A stretch of DNA of 64,000 nucleotides from an uncultured Planctomycetia bacterium (GTDB taxonomy: Bacteria; Omnitrophota; Gorgyraeia; Tantalellales; Tantalellaceae). A model generated the notes under the pieces. It did not search any database and was not told the origin of the DNA. It worked only from the letters and a program-made list of their open reading frames with translations. Position 1 is the first letter of the stretch. Every line of letters begins with the position of its first letter. The position numbers and the translations under genes were made by a program. Below, one piece after another: positions 48,712 through 58,586 of the stretch. The stretch covers positions 428,726 to 492,725 of the forward strand of contig CAYQUS010000001.1 of assembly GCA_964421015.1 (NCBI GenBank), given 5' to 3'.

Positions 48712-49119
48712 CTAGACATCCCATACCGACCATGCTCCGCCGCCTATAAGGATCAGGGGCATGCAGGCGGCTATCACAAGTATGTTATATTCCGCTCCGC
48801 CGTCATGTATAAAAAAACCGTACATCAGGTTTATCTTCCACATCCTGATCGCCATGGTAAGTACTATAGAGGCCGCGGAGACCCTCACCAGTATACCCAG
48901 CATGAGAAAAACCCCTCCGAGGAACTCTATGCATCCCCATATCCCCGCCATAAGGTAAGGATTCGGGAACCCCAGCCCCTCGACTATCCTGGCCGTACCC
49001 TCCAGTCCTATGCCGTTGAATGTCCCGAAAAGTTTCTGGGACCCGTGGGCTATGAACACCCCTCCGATGATAACGCGCAAAAGCAGCATAGACAGGTTAA
49101 CAAGATTTTCCTTTTTCAT
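48712..49119 (-). CDS. DoxX family membrane protein
   Basis: 135 aa, 4 TM, LLLRVIIGGVFIAHGSQK motif. Confidence 0.7.
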   Translation of the reverse strand: MKKENLVNLSMLLLRVIIGGVFIAHGSQKLFGTFNGIGLEGTARIVEGLGFPNPYLMAGIWGCIEFLGGVFLMLGILVRVSAASIVLTMAIRMWKINLMYGFFIHDGGAEYNILVIAACMPLILIGGGAWSVWDV

Positions 49120-49276
49120 GTGCCTCCCGGCCTATGAACGCATGATCTCCAGGAAAAAACCACGGCAAAAAGACGGCATCTGACATTTTAACCCATAGAA
49201 ACATAAAATCAAGGCAAATAAGCTCTTTTTCCCGAAAAATCTTCTCTCCGGTCCTTATCAGAAAATATATGAAAGA

Positions 49277-49304
49277 TTTTCAACCTGAAATACGTCTATA
49301 TAAT
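49277..49304 (+). promoter_or_regulatory. Candidate sigma70 promoter for the comF-like gene (clear TATAAT -10 box; ambiguous -35)
   Basis: TATAAT at 49299-49304; TTTTCA/TTCAAC 14-16 bp upstream; AGGAGGA RBS 6 nt before the ATG at 49335. Confidence 0.35.
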
Positions 49305-49334
49305 GCTAGCCTTTTAGCCACATAGGAGGAAAAA

Positions 49335-50000
49335 ATGATCATCTCTATCGCTCTCAGACACGCTCTTAATGTTGTATCTCCGTCGCTATGCGCCTCGTGC
49401 GGAAAGAAACCGGCCTCTTATCCTTTTCCCATATGTCTCGATTGCGCCTCAGAAGTGCTTTCTTCCGCTTCTCCCTTGGCCGCCCAGGCTGGAGCGGCCA
49501 TAAAAGTACATTCTTGCCTTGAATACACCCCTCCCGTAAGGGCTTGCCTCAAGAGCTTTAAATTCAACGGCAACTCTTCCCTTGCGGACTTTTTCCATAG
49601 AATAATACGTTCCTACATACTGCACTCGGGACTGAGAAAAGAAAAATTCGATCTCATAATTCCCGTGCCGCTTCACGTCTCGCGAAAGAGGAAAAGAGGG
49701 TACAATCAGTCGGATCTCATCGCCGCCGGGGCGGCGTCCTCTCTGTCAGCGCCCCTTAAAAGCGGCCTTCTGGTAAAGACCAGGAATACTCCTCCCCAAT
49801 CCGGCCTGGGTAAAAAAGAAAGAAGCGAAAACCTTAGAGGCTCCTTTGCCGTTTCAGACCCTAGCCTTGTAAAGGGGCGGACGATCCTGCTCGTGGACGA
49901 TATTATGACCACGGGAGCCACAGTAGAAGAATGTTCGTCCACACTCGAGCGTTGCGGATCTTCCATGATCTCGGCGCTCACGCTGGCTCGGGTTTTTTAA
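49335..50000 (+). CDS. ComF/GntX-family phosphoribosyltransferase-domain protein
   Basis: N-terminal double Cys ribbon (CASCGKK...CLDC), PRTase motif LLVDDIMTTGAT. Confidence 0.75.
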   Translation: MIISIALRHALNVVSPSLCASCGKKPASYPFPICLDCASEVLSSASPLAAQAGAAIKVHSCLEYTPPVRACLKSFKFNGNSSLADFFHRIIRSYILHSGLRKEKFDLIIPVPLHVSRKRKRGYNQSDLIAAGAASSLSAPLKSGLLVKTRNTPPQSGLGKKERSENLRGSFAVSDPSLVKGRTILLVDDIMTTGATVEECSSTLERCGSSMISALTLARVF

Positions 50001-50061
50001 AGTGTCTTTCCCTGCCCTCTAAGAACTGGCGCGGACGAAAGATATGATATAGAATATTGAA

Positions 50062-50898
50062 ATGGCAGAAAATATTTTCTTTTCCGTTATCATCCCGACT
50101 TTCAACAGAAAAAGTTTCCTGGAAAGAGCAGTTGACTCCGTGCTCTCCCAGACCTGGAAAGACCTGGAGCTTATAGTAACGGATGACGGCTCCACAGACG
50201 ATACCGGAAGTTTCATGGAGACAGTCAGGGATGACAGGGTCCGTTATCTCAAGCTCCCTCATCTCGGGGTATCCAGCGCCAGGAATTCAGGGATAAGAGC
50301 CGCCTCGGGCGACAACCTGGCTTTCCTAGATTCAGACGACTACTGGGTCCCGGAAAAACTGGAACGCACCGCCTGGTACATGTCGCGCTTTCCGGAAATA
50401 TCGATCTTCCATACCGAAGAAACATGGCTCAGGAGAGGCAAGATCCTTTCTCAGAAAAAGAAACATGCCAAACCCGAGGGAAGGGTCTTCCGTCAGGCGC
50501 TACCACTCTGCTGCATAGGCATGTCCACGGCGGTAGTAAAAAGAAAGGTCTTTAACGCCATAGGTCTTTTCGACGAAACCTTTGAGGCTTGCGAAGATTA
50601 CGACCTCTGGCTCAGGGCTGCCAACCTGTACGATGTAAAACTTATACCGGAACCACTTACCGTAAAAAACGGAGGCAGGCCCGACCAGCTGTCGGTAAAA
50701 ACATGGGGACTTGACAGGTTCAGGATAAAAGCCCTTGAAAAGATGCTTATGTCCGGCGAACTTACCGAAGAGGACAGGGCCGCAACACTTACGGAACTGA
50801 GTTTAAAGTGCGGGATATTTGCCCTGGGGTGCGAGAAAAGATCGAGATCTTCCGAAGCTGAATACTACCGTGGACTTCCGCTATCTTATCTCCGGTGA
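50062..50898 (+). CDS. Family 2 glycosyltransferase
   Basis: FSVIIPTFNRKSFLERAVDSVLSQT, DDGSTD, DSDD motifs. Confidence 0.8.
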   Translation: MAENIFFSVIIPTFNRKSFLERAVDSVLSQTWKDLELIVTDDGSTDDTGSFMETVRDDRVRYLKLPHLGVSSARNSGIRAASGDNLAFLDSDDYWVPEKLERTAWYMSRFPEISIFHTEETWLRRGKILSQKKKHAKPEGRVFRQALPLCCIGMSTAVVKRKVFNAIGLFDETFEACEDYDLWLRAANLYDVKLIPEPLTVKNGGRPDQLSVKTWGLDRFRIKALEKMLMSGELTEEDRAATLTELSLKCGIFALGCEKRSRSSEAEYYRGLPLSYLR

Positions 50899-50940
50899 CA
50901 GGACTTTTTCGCGACCCGCCACCGGAGATAAAAATGTTTC

Positions 50941-51921
50941 TCATCCCTTCCCGGCGCTGCCGAGAACGTTAATATTCTTGTGCTTATACATCTTTATAAG
51001 CTCGTCTCGAGCCGGTCCGAGATATTTCCTGGGGTCAAATTCTTTCGGCTTGGTGGCAAGCACTTCCCTTATCTTGGCGGTCATCGCCAGTCTGCCGTCG
51101 GAATCTATGTTTATCTTGCAGACAGCCGAAGCAGCGGCTTTCCTGAGCTGTTCCTCGGGCACGCCGACGGCGTTTTCCATCGCGCCGCCGTATTTATTTA
51201 TCATCTCAACATATTCCGGCATTACCGAGCTTGCTCCGTGAAGCACTATCGGGAAACCCGGTATCCTTCTCTCAACTTCCTCGAGTATGTCGAACCTTAA
51301 AGGCGGTACCTTCTCTCCCGGTTTTAACTTGAACTTATAGGCTCCATGAGACGTTCCGATGGAAATGGCCAGAGAATCCACTCCCGTTTTTTTGACGAAT
51401 TCCTCCACTTCTTCGGGTTTGGTGTAATGGGTGGTCTCGTGGCTTACCTCGTCCTCGATCCCGGCAAGAACCCCGAGTTCACCTTCAACGGAAACCCCGT
51501 GCTTGTGAGCGTATTCGACTACTTTCCTTGTAAGAGCCACATTGTCTTCGAAAGAGTGAGCCGAACCGTCTATCATCACCGAAGAGAACCCGGTCTCTAT
51601 GCATGATACGCAAAGTTCATACGTATCGCCGTGATCCAGATGCAGGGCCACCGGTATGGTAGAACCCGCTTCCTTTACAAGGTCCATGGCCCCTCTGGCC
51701 AGATGCCTGAGAAGGGTCTGGTTGGCGTACTTTCTGGCCCCCGAAGATACCTGCAATATGACAGGAGACTTCGTTTCTATGCATGCCGCCATTATCGCCT
51801 GCAGCTGCTCCAGGTTGTTGAAATTATACCCGGGAACGGCGTATTTGCCGTCAACCGCTTTTACGTACATATCCTTTGTTGGTGTAAGACCAAGCTCTTT
51901 GTAACTATGCATATCCCCCAT
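50941..51921 (-). CDS. fba: Class II fructose-bisphosphate aldolase
   Basis: 326 aa; LHLDHG metal-binding motif, typical class II Fba N-terminus. Confidence 0.85.
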   Translation of the reverse strand: MGDMHSYKELGLTPTKDMYVKAVDGKYAVPGYNFNNLEQLQAIMAACIETKSPVILQVSSGARKYANQTLLRHLARGAMDLVKEAGSTIPVALHLDHGDTYELCVSCIETGFSSVMIDGSAHSFEDNVALTRKVVEYAHKHGVSVEGELGVLAGIEDEVSHETTHYTKPEEVEEFVKKTGVDSLAISIGTSHGAYKFKLKPGEKVPPLRFDILEEVERRIPGFPIVLHGASSVMPEYVEMINKYGGAMENAVGVPEEQLRKAAASAVCKINIDSDGRLAMTAKIREVLATKPKEFDPRKYLGPARDELIKMYKHKNINVLGSAGKG

Positions 51922-52012
51922 CCTCCCTTTTATTTTCGTATTACTTCGAACAACAATTAAGAACGTATTTTATGCGCTTTTAACTTATATGACAAGGTCA
52001 AAATTCGTCCGG

Positions 52013-52125
52013 CTTCCCTCTTTCTACTTCCCTCTTACTACTTTCTCCTTCCTTCCCCTCAACCTCAACCTTGACCTAATTCTTCCCTCTTTCTCCTTCC
52101 CTCTTGCTACTTTTTACTTCCTCCC
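52013..52125 (-). repeat. Two ~40-bp imperfect direct repeats (period 70 bp) in a GA-rich tract (minus-strand/RNA sense) between the ferritin-like gene and fba
   Basis: Plus-strand copies CTTCCCTCTTTCTACTTCCCTCTTACTACTTTCTCCTTCC and CTTCCCTCTTTCTCCTTCCCTCTTGCTACTTTTTACTTCCTCC; the second overlaps the last codons of the ferritin-like CDS. Confidence 0.6.
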
Positions 52126-52620
52126 CCCGGTCGTCATTATAACGTCGAAATCCTCAAGAAGAGCCTGCAGGTCCTCCTCATGCTCAACTTCGTCCTGGAG
52201 TATCTGGACGACCATATTGTAGGTCACGGGATCCTTGTCCTTTGTTATTCCCAGCATCTTGTTGTAAGTGGTTATCGCGCATTGTTCCCCTTTTATATTC
52301 TGCTGAAGAACAGGTTTAACGAAAGGATCCACCGGAGCGTCATATCCGCAATTTGTAAGTTTGTACCAGTCTTCCGGCCTTATCGGAGGAGTCCCCCCAA
52401 GCTGTATTATCCTGGTAGTAAGCATTTCGGAATGCCTTAGTTCGTCGGCAGCGTGCTGGACAAGCTCCGCTATTACGGCTTCTTTCATGGGCCCTTTTAC
52501 CACTTTGGATCCTATCCAGTACTGGTAGTACGCCAGCCACTCATCCGAAAAAGCCTTGTTGAGGAGTGTTATAAGCTCATTGACGTCTATTCCTATTATT
52601 GACTGTCCTTTTGTTCCCAT
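52114..52620 (-). CDS. Bacterioferritin-like (ferritin superfamily) protein
   Basis: Start at the internal ATG at 52620 (GGGAGGG RBS). LNKAFSDEWLAYYQYW...ELRHSE...EVEHEEDLQ parallels Bfr helices and di-iron ligands. Confidence 0.6.
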   Translation of the reverse strand: MGTKGQSIIGIDVNELITLLNKAFSDEWLAYYQYWIGSKVVKGPMKEAVIAELVQHAADELRHSEMLTTRIIQLGGTPPIRPEDWYKLTNCGYDAPVDPFVKPVLQQNIKGEQCAITTYNKMLGITKDKDPVTYNMVVQILQDEVEHEEDLQALLEDFDVIMTTGGRK

Positions 52621-52826
52621 TTTACCCTCCCTTTTTATCTTTATTTTGTTGGTTTTTCCTTCCTGACGACGGGACCACCGACCTTGCCGGCCCCTGCGCT
52701 TACCGCTCGCCGAAACCATTGCATTCCGGACCCTACCTCAATAGTGACATGTTCAAAAGAGGCTATTACAGAATATTACTCCAAATACCGGAATTATACA
52801 ATAGTTACATCATCCAGAAAAATGTA

Positions 52827-54260
52827 TCATCCCGTGTACGACGTATCTTCCCCAAAATACCTTTTTTTTAGAAAATCGTTCCACATTTTCTCGAATTCCG
52901 TGAGCGATGTGTAGAATCTCTCGTCGAAAGCGTTAGCGAAATGCCCGGCCTCCCTTATTCCTTCCAATAGTTCTTTTAGTCCCCCTATACCCCATTCGTC
53001 CAATATGAAAAGAACGGCGGAATACGCGGCCTCGTACGCCAGGGCCAGGGAATCATAATCTTCTTCAGAACCAAAAGATCCCTCTACCTCCGACAAAGTG
53101 AACAGCTGGCCGTTTTTAACCGCCTCTTTCAATCTGGCCGTGCCTGGCTCGAGGTATCTGGACTGCTCATAGAGGGCCACACCCTCATGAAGCCAAACGG
53201 GGCTCCTGTTCTCCGTAAGGGCTGAGACAGCGGCATGCGCGTACTCATGCGCCAAAATAACTTTTTGGCTGGCTCCGGAGGCGTCCTCAGGCAAAGCTAT
53301 CCTGATGCTCCCGTCGTAAAAACCTCTTATTATCCCTGATTTTTGGAAGACCTCCCTGAAATCCTTTTCCTCATATATCACTATCCTCGTCCCGGGCCGA
53401 GGAAAATACCCAAGGCTATCCCCGGTGTTTTTGTATATCTCCTGGAGAGTATTCTCAAAAAGCTCCTCATCTCCTATTTCCGCTCCGTAAACGACAATAT
53501 CAAAATCCGGAGTGCTGAAAGTTTCCATCTTACCGGCCAGAGACATCTCTTTCTCTGTTTTCTCAAGGTTTCTTCTCACCTCTTCCGATTCAGGCTTTAT
53601 GGCCAGGGCCTCTTTCCAGTAAAGGGCCGCCTGGTCAAGGTCACCTTCGTCATAGAAGGACATCCCGAGAAAAACTATGGTCTCGAAACTCGGCCGGAGA
53701 TTATATGACGCTTCAAGACAGAACATAAGGGCTTCTGTGTTCTTGATGTCCCTGGCGTTTATAGCCTGGTTAAAAAGATAATTTGCCGCGTTGGTCCTCA
53801 CGAAGCCCGATCCATCAGCAAGGATGGAAACTATCTCGAGGTCTTCCCCGGCTGACTGAAAATCCCCCTGGAACGCCCTTTCGGCGGCCCTGACGCTGAG
53901 ATAATAAGACAGATCGTTTATGACCGGAAGACTTAACGGGGTCATCTCGTAGGCCGTAGCGGCCTTTTCGATCGCAAGCTCCAGTTGCCCCTCGGATTTA
54001 AGATGGCGAGCGTACTCAAGATACCCTTCTGCCAATCTTTCTCCTATAGCGACACTCTCGGGTGCCTCTTCGTAGGCTTTGTGAAGACAGAACAGGCCTT
54101 TTTCATATCTGCCGGCTTTTATGTGCTTTTCTCCCTCACGTATATGTTCGTAGAGGCCGGGTTTAGCCGCCGGCCCCAATTGCACGAAAAATGAAGCGAC
54201 TGCCGCGGCCACAGTGACACCGGCAATAAGAAAATTTCTTCTGCTATCCAGTACGGTCAT
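52827..54260 (-). CDS. TPR-repeat protein with C-terminal HExxH putative metallopeptidase domain
   Basis: Signal/TM N-terminus, multiple TPRs, VILAHEYAHAAV...E Zn-protease-like motif. Confidence 0.55.
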   Translation of the reverse strand: MTVLDSRRNFLIAGVTVAAAVASFFVQLGPAAKPGLYEHIREGEKHIKAGRYEKGLFCLHKAYEEAPESVAIGERLAEGYLEYARHLKSEGQLELAIEKAATAYEMTPLSLPVINDLSYYLSVRAAERAFQGDFQSAGEDLEIVSILADGSGFVRTNAANYLFNQAINARDIKNTEALMFCLEASYNLRPSFETIVFLGMSFYDEGDLDQAALYWKEALAIKPESEEVRRNLEKTEKEMSLAGKMETFSTPDFDIVVYGAEIGDEELFENTLQEIYKNTGDSLGYFPRPGTRIVIYEEKDFREVFQKSGIIRGFYDGSIRIALPEDASGASQKVILAHEYAHAAVSALTENRSPVWLHEGVALYEQSRYLEPGTARLKEAVKNGQLFTLSEVEGSFGSEEDYDSLALAYEAAYSAVLFILDEWGIGGLKELLEGIREAGHFANAFDERFYTSLTEFEKMWNDFLKKRYFGEDTSYTG

Positions 54261-54317
54261 TACTTTCCCCTGGCTCTGTTTTTTGGTTTGGTTCCGGATG
54301 GAACCATAAGGTCCCCT

Positions 54318-55667
54318 CTAAGCGCGGTACTTGTCGGAGGGAGCTATTGATCTTGTTATGGACTTCAAATACCTTCCTTCCCCGTCCCTTTCCGCGATAT
54401 CGGCCACATACGGATCGTCTATCTTTCCCCCTGAACTCGCGTACAGTATCTCGACCCGCGGCCTTTCCTGATCCAGCCTGTTCTCCTTTACCACTATACC
54501 TATTTCCCCTGTATCAAGCTCCACAAGGGTTCCGGGAGGATACACACCTATCACCCTGAAAAAATTCTCAAGAAGCCCGGGATGGAAAAGCTTTCCGGAA
54601 AGTTTCATCATCTCTTCATGGACCTTTTCCGGAGAAGCTCCCTCATGATACGACCTTTCGCTTCTCAGAGCGTCGTAAAAATCGGCTATGGCCACCATCA
54701 TTGTGATAATGTTTGTTCCCTTGCCGTAAATCTTTTTGGGATACCCCGTCATATCATATCTCATGTGATGTTCGAACGCGGCTATGGCCGCCTGCACCCC
54801 TACCCCCTGGGTTTCCAAAAGTATCTTTGCCCCGTTCAAAGGGTGGGTGCTCATTTCAGCCATATCTGTCTCGTCAAGTTTGCCTTCTTTCCTTATTATG
54901 TCTCCCGTAACGGCAAGCTTTCCGGCATCATGTAACAGCGAAGCTACCCCTATATCGTTTATACTTCCATCCTCCATCCCCAGAGACTCAGCCTGTATCA
55001 TGGTGAAAATAGCCACATTCACCTCGTGCACGAAAGTCCCCTCGTCGTGGCTTTTTGTCGAGGCCATCACCCTGAGAAGATCCCTGTTCCTTAGAAGCGA
55101 CCCCATTATCCCGCCTACTATCTGCCTCGCGGAACCGGCGTCTATGGCGCGCTTATTCCTGATGTCCTCCGCGGTTCTCTTGAGAAAATCCGTTCCCCCT
55201 TCATAAGCCTGGCCTATTGCCTCATCAAGATCCTTTTCGGGTATTTCTGTGTCTTCCTCCTCTCCTTTTCCTATTTTCCCGGATAAAATGTGGCTTAATT
55301 TCCCCTCGGCCGACACCCTTTTAACATCGTCAGCGGTAGACCTTCTTCCTATGACCGATATAAAGACCGCCACCTCTTCCCTTCCCAGACCTTTTAAAAA
55401 CGTCAGTTTTTCTATCTCAAGTTTCCTAAGCCTGTCGACAAGCCCTTTTATCTTTTTACTTGTGTCGTAGAACGGATGCCTTTCATACGCCATCTCATCC
55501 CCGATTATCCCTATGGTAAAACCCCCGCCTTGCTCTAAAATAGAAACTAAAACCGAATAGAGCTGATCCTCCGAATCGGAAACCATCTTGTGTCCGGCCC
55601 CGTACATGTCAACGGCGTTCATCGCCGCCGCTAGAAGTTTTATGACGCTCTCGACCTTATCCCTCAT
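54318..55667 (-). CDS. HD-GYP domain phosphohydrolase (putative c-di-GMP phosphodiesterase) with N-terminal uncharacterised domain
   Basis: LLHDAGKLAV, HHMRYDMTGYP (GYP), IADFYDAL motifs; 11-nt start/stop overlap with the upstream gene. Confidence 0.75.
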   Translation of the reverse strand: MRDKVESVIKLLAAAMNAVDMYGAGHKMVSDSEDQLYSVLVSILEQGGGFTIGIIGDEMAYERHPFYDTSKKIKGLVDRLRKLEIEKLTFLKGLGREEVAVFISVIGRRSTADDVKRVSAEGKLSHILSGKIGKGEEEDTEIPEKDLDEAIGQAYEGGTDFLKRTAEDIRNKRAIDAGSARQIVGGIMGSLLRNRDLLRVMASTKSHDEGTFVHEVNVAIFTMIQAESLGMEDGSINDIGVASLLHDAGKLAVTGDIIRKEGKLDETDMAEMSTHPLNGAKILLETQGVGVQAAIAAFEHHMRYDMTGYPKKIYGKGTNIITMMVAIADFYDALRSERSYHEGASPEKVHEEMMKLSGKLFHPGLLENFFRVIGVYPPGTLVELDTGEIGIVVKENRLDQERPRVEILYASSGGKIDDPYVADIAERDGEGRYLKSITRSIAPSDKYRA

Positions 55668-57981
55668 AGCCCTCTCCGGAAATTCCGCCTTTTGCGGGAC
55701 TTTCTTCCTTTTTTCCCTTGAGATTCAAAATAACATCACATATGTCTTTCACGGCCTTTGGAGCCTTCGAGGCCGACCTTTTCAAAGTTTCGATCGCCTC
55801 AGGACTCTGTATACGTCCCAGAGCCACAGCAGCGGCGGTTTTTATCTTCTCGTTCCTGCCGAGAATATCCCTTTTTTCTATTATCCTGCCCAGATGTCCC
55901 ACCGACGCGCCCGATCCTATTTCACCGGAAACATCTATGATCTCCTCCAGAAGACCGCCTGGAGCCAGAGCCCCGGAGGCGTAAGAGAATATTTCCCCGA
56001 CAACACGGGGATCTCCTCCGGAAAGAACAGCCATCACCGCTTTTCTTACAAGGAACGGATCTTTCTCTTTCCTGAGCATTGTCATTAGAGCCGCGAACTC
56101 TTCTTCCGTTCCGGGAACGAAACCGTCCAGTATATGTCGCTTAAGGGCTATATCGCCTATGGAAGCTATGTCCACAACCAGTTTCCTGGCTCTCTCCGGG
56201 CAAGCTTCTCTCATCAATCCGTAGAGCTCCCCGGAGTTCCTGGGATCTGCCGATTTGACGCGTTCCGCGAGAACATCTGTCTCAACCTCCGAAAGATCCT
56301 TTAAAGCGAGCGACAGGTTGTTCCTTCTCCCGGGTTTTCCCTCCCTGCAGAACTCATCGAGAAGCATACCGAACGAGTACTGATTTCTTATCATGTTAAA
56401 AACAAATGCGGCGGTTTGGGCGCCCATTTCGTCGCTTGAGGCCAGAAAAGACAATGTCTGCTTTATAACGCTCTCTCCATTTAAAAAAGCCGTAACCCTG
56501 TCATTCTCTTCCTTTATCCCTGGCATAGTCCTGTTTCCGGGACCGTCAGCTCCCAGGAAAAACATAAAAATATCCTTAACCGCGTCTATATCCCTTATCC
56601 TGAAAAGTTCGGGAACTATCCCTGTTATCCTTGAGCATAACCTTGAATAATCGGCCGGGTCATTCTCGTACCACATAAGATTAAGCACAAGTTCGGATTC
56701 CTGCTTCTTGAAATTCTCCTCTGATCTGGATCTGGCGTAGGATTCAACCATGGCGACAAGTTCTTTGGGCAGGTCCATGGCCGCGGCTTTTCTGTCGACA
56801 AAAGTATCGACCGTAAGATTGTACATTTGAGACATAAAAGAGCTTTCGGGGTTGGCCGCGAAAACTTCTTTTATGGACATCTGTATCTCCGCCAGAGCCG
56901 CATTATCCACGGCCTGAGCTTCGGCGAAACGCCCGGCCACCATCGAAACTATCCTGCCTTCCCTGGCTCCGCCGGGAGAAAGCCTCTCGAATACTTTAAG
57001 GAGGTTCTCATTGAACCCTCCGCTTGATTTTATAAGTGATTCTATGAACCCGGCCACGAACTCGTCCGGGACATCCTTCATCATTTCTCCGGCCAGATCG
57101 AAATCCCTGTTGTCCACCCTGGCGGGTGAAAATAGCCTCATTACGAACTCAGGATCCAATCGGGATACTATCTTTCCTATGTCCTCGCGGGCCGTCGAAG
57201 AGACCCCGTCAGGATTCCTTGATATATAGTCATATATGCGCGCTATTGACTCCCGGGTACGGGTCACGGCATCGTCCCCTTCCATCCTGGAAACAGCGTC
57301 CCTGTATATCCTGTTAAGAACGGACGCGGAGGACCTGGAATCGCCGAGAAACTGCCTTATGAACTCCTCTCTTTCTCTGGGAAGCCTCCCCTGAAGTGAT
57401 TCCTGCGACACATTCGTGAGAGATTTCCAAAGTTCCTCATCGCTTTTTGAGACGGCCCCGCCCGTTCCCTCAAGAAGAGTACTGTAATCCACCGTTCCTA
57501 TAAGGATATGTTCCAATACAGGCACTATCTCCCCGGGATCCCCTCCCTCTCTGATAAGTTTGGCGTCCTTTTTAAGGAACCTGAACATCTCGGTAAGCTC
57601 GGAAGTGGCAAGCCCCTTTTTAAAACACAGCGACGATATCCCATGAGAATGCAGATGAGAAGCTACTTCCCTGTATAGCTCGTTTTTCTTATCGACGAAC
57701 TCGCCGGATAAAAGAACGCTATCCTGCGAAATACCGACATCAAGAACGTCGCTTGCCAAAAACCATTTATCAAGCGATGCCTTGAAATTTTTTATGGAGA
57801 TCTCAGATATGGGGTGGGAAACCGGGTAAAGAACGCTGTTTTTTATCACAGTACCCAGGTTCTGGATTATAAGACCGAATAGTTTATGCTCGTCTTTTTG
57901 TTTGTCGTCCGGCATGGAAGACAGTATACCATACACTTGCGCGGCTATCAAAAACCTTAATATAAAAAAGGGAGGCTCCAC
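55657..57981 (-). CDS. Large hypothetical protein with C-terminal HEAT/armadillo-like repeats, translationally coupled to the HD-GYP gene
   Basis: 774 aa, no enzymatic motif; C-terminal repeats (DPRVVGEIFSYASG, KTAAAVALGRIQSPEAIETL) look like HEAT repeats. Confidence 0.45.
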   Translation of the reverse strand: MEPPFFILRFLIAAQVYGILSSMPDDKQKDEHKLFGLIIQNLGTVIKNSVLYPVSHPISEISIKNFKASLDKWFLASDVLDVGISQDSVLLSGEFVDKKNELYREVASHLHSHGISSLCFKKGLATSELTEMFRFLKKDAKLIREGGDPGEIVPVLEHILIGTVDYSTLLEGTGGAVSKSDEELWKSLTNVSQESLQGRLPREREEFIRQFLGDSRSSASVLNRIYRDAVSRMEGDDAVTRTRESIARIYDYISRNPDGVSSTAREDIGKIVSRLDPEFVMRLFSPARVDNRDFDLAGEMMKDVPDEFVAGFIESLIKSSGGFNENLLKVFERLSPGGAREGRIVSMVAGRFAEAQAVDNAALAEIQMSIKEVFAANPESSFMSQMYNLTVDTFVDRKAAAMDLPKELVAMVESYARSRSEENFKKQESELVLNLMWYENDPADYSRLCSRITGIVPELFRIRDIDAVKDIFMFFLGADGPGNRTMPGIKEENDRVTAFLNGESVIKQTLSFLASSDEMGAQTAAFVFNMIRNQYSFGMLLDEFCREGKPGRRNNLSLALKDLSEVETDVLAERVKSADPRNSGELYGLMREACPERARKLVVDIASIGDIALKRHILDGFVPGTEEEFAALMTMLRKEKDPFLVRKAVMAVLSGGDPRVVGEIFSYASGALAPGGLLEEIIDVSGEIGSGASVGHLGRIIEKRDILGRNEKIKTAAAVALGRIQSPEAIETLKRSASKAPKAVKDICDVILNLKGKKEESPAKGGISGEGYEG

Positions 57982-58027
57982 TTTATTTCCTTGGGAGCCT
58001 CCCTGTTATGCCTGTATTACCGCACTC

Positions 58028-58468
58028 TTATTTCATTGCCTGTGGAATATTCCACTCTTTCTTCCCTTCCTGGGCTTTTTTAACTCTGGCAGCGCGGGCG
58101 GAAGACTTCAAGTCCCTTAATTGCGCCATGAGGGACTCGTGCTGCTGTCTGTAGGATTCAACTATCTTCTGTTTGTCCTGCTTCTTGCTGTCGCACAAAC
58201 TGGCCCTCGCGGCCTCGTCTCCCGGCTCTATGGCCTTGGCTTTCTCGGAATACTGTTTCCTTAGAGCCCTCAAATCCTCTTTATGCTTCTCCCTTGCCTC
58301 TTTTATCTTGGCGTTCAACCCCGCCTTGTCCTGGGCGTACTTTCCCAGCTCTTCGTTGGTAGAAGCGGCATACCCGGAGTGCGCGAAACACGACAAAACA
58401 AAAAGAACCGCTACAAGAGAACAAAAAAATCTTTTCAAGACCCTCACCTCCTGATTATTAGATCTCAC
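58028..58468 (-). CDS. Secreted coiled-coil protein (possibly Spy/CpxP LTxxQ-like)
   Basis: 146 aa, signal peptide, K/E-rich helical body with LRALRKQ and LMAQLRDL motifs. Confidence 0.35.
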   Translation of the reverse strand: MRSNNQEVRVLKRFFCSLVAVLFVLSCFAHSGYAASTNEELGKYAQDKAGLNAKIKEAREKHKEDLRALRKQYSEKAKAIEPGDEAARASLCDSKKQDKQKIVESYRQQHESLMAQLRDLKSSARAARVKKAQEGKKEWNIPQAMK

Positions 58469-58586
58469 CTTTAAGACCCCACACTGGGACCGGAATAGAG
58501 CAAATATGCCTTATAAAGGCTAAAAAGACAAGCCTTTAACCTTTTTTGACAGATCAAGCGTGGAAGACCCCGAGTTTTTGCTATAT

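Noticed and set aside
58510-58545. AAAGGC-N11-GCCTTT hairpin followed by a T-run on the plus strand
   Set aside because: Only a 6-bp stem with an 11-nt loop, and the T-run is on the strand with no gene; not scored as a terminator.
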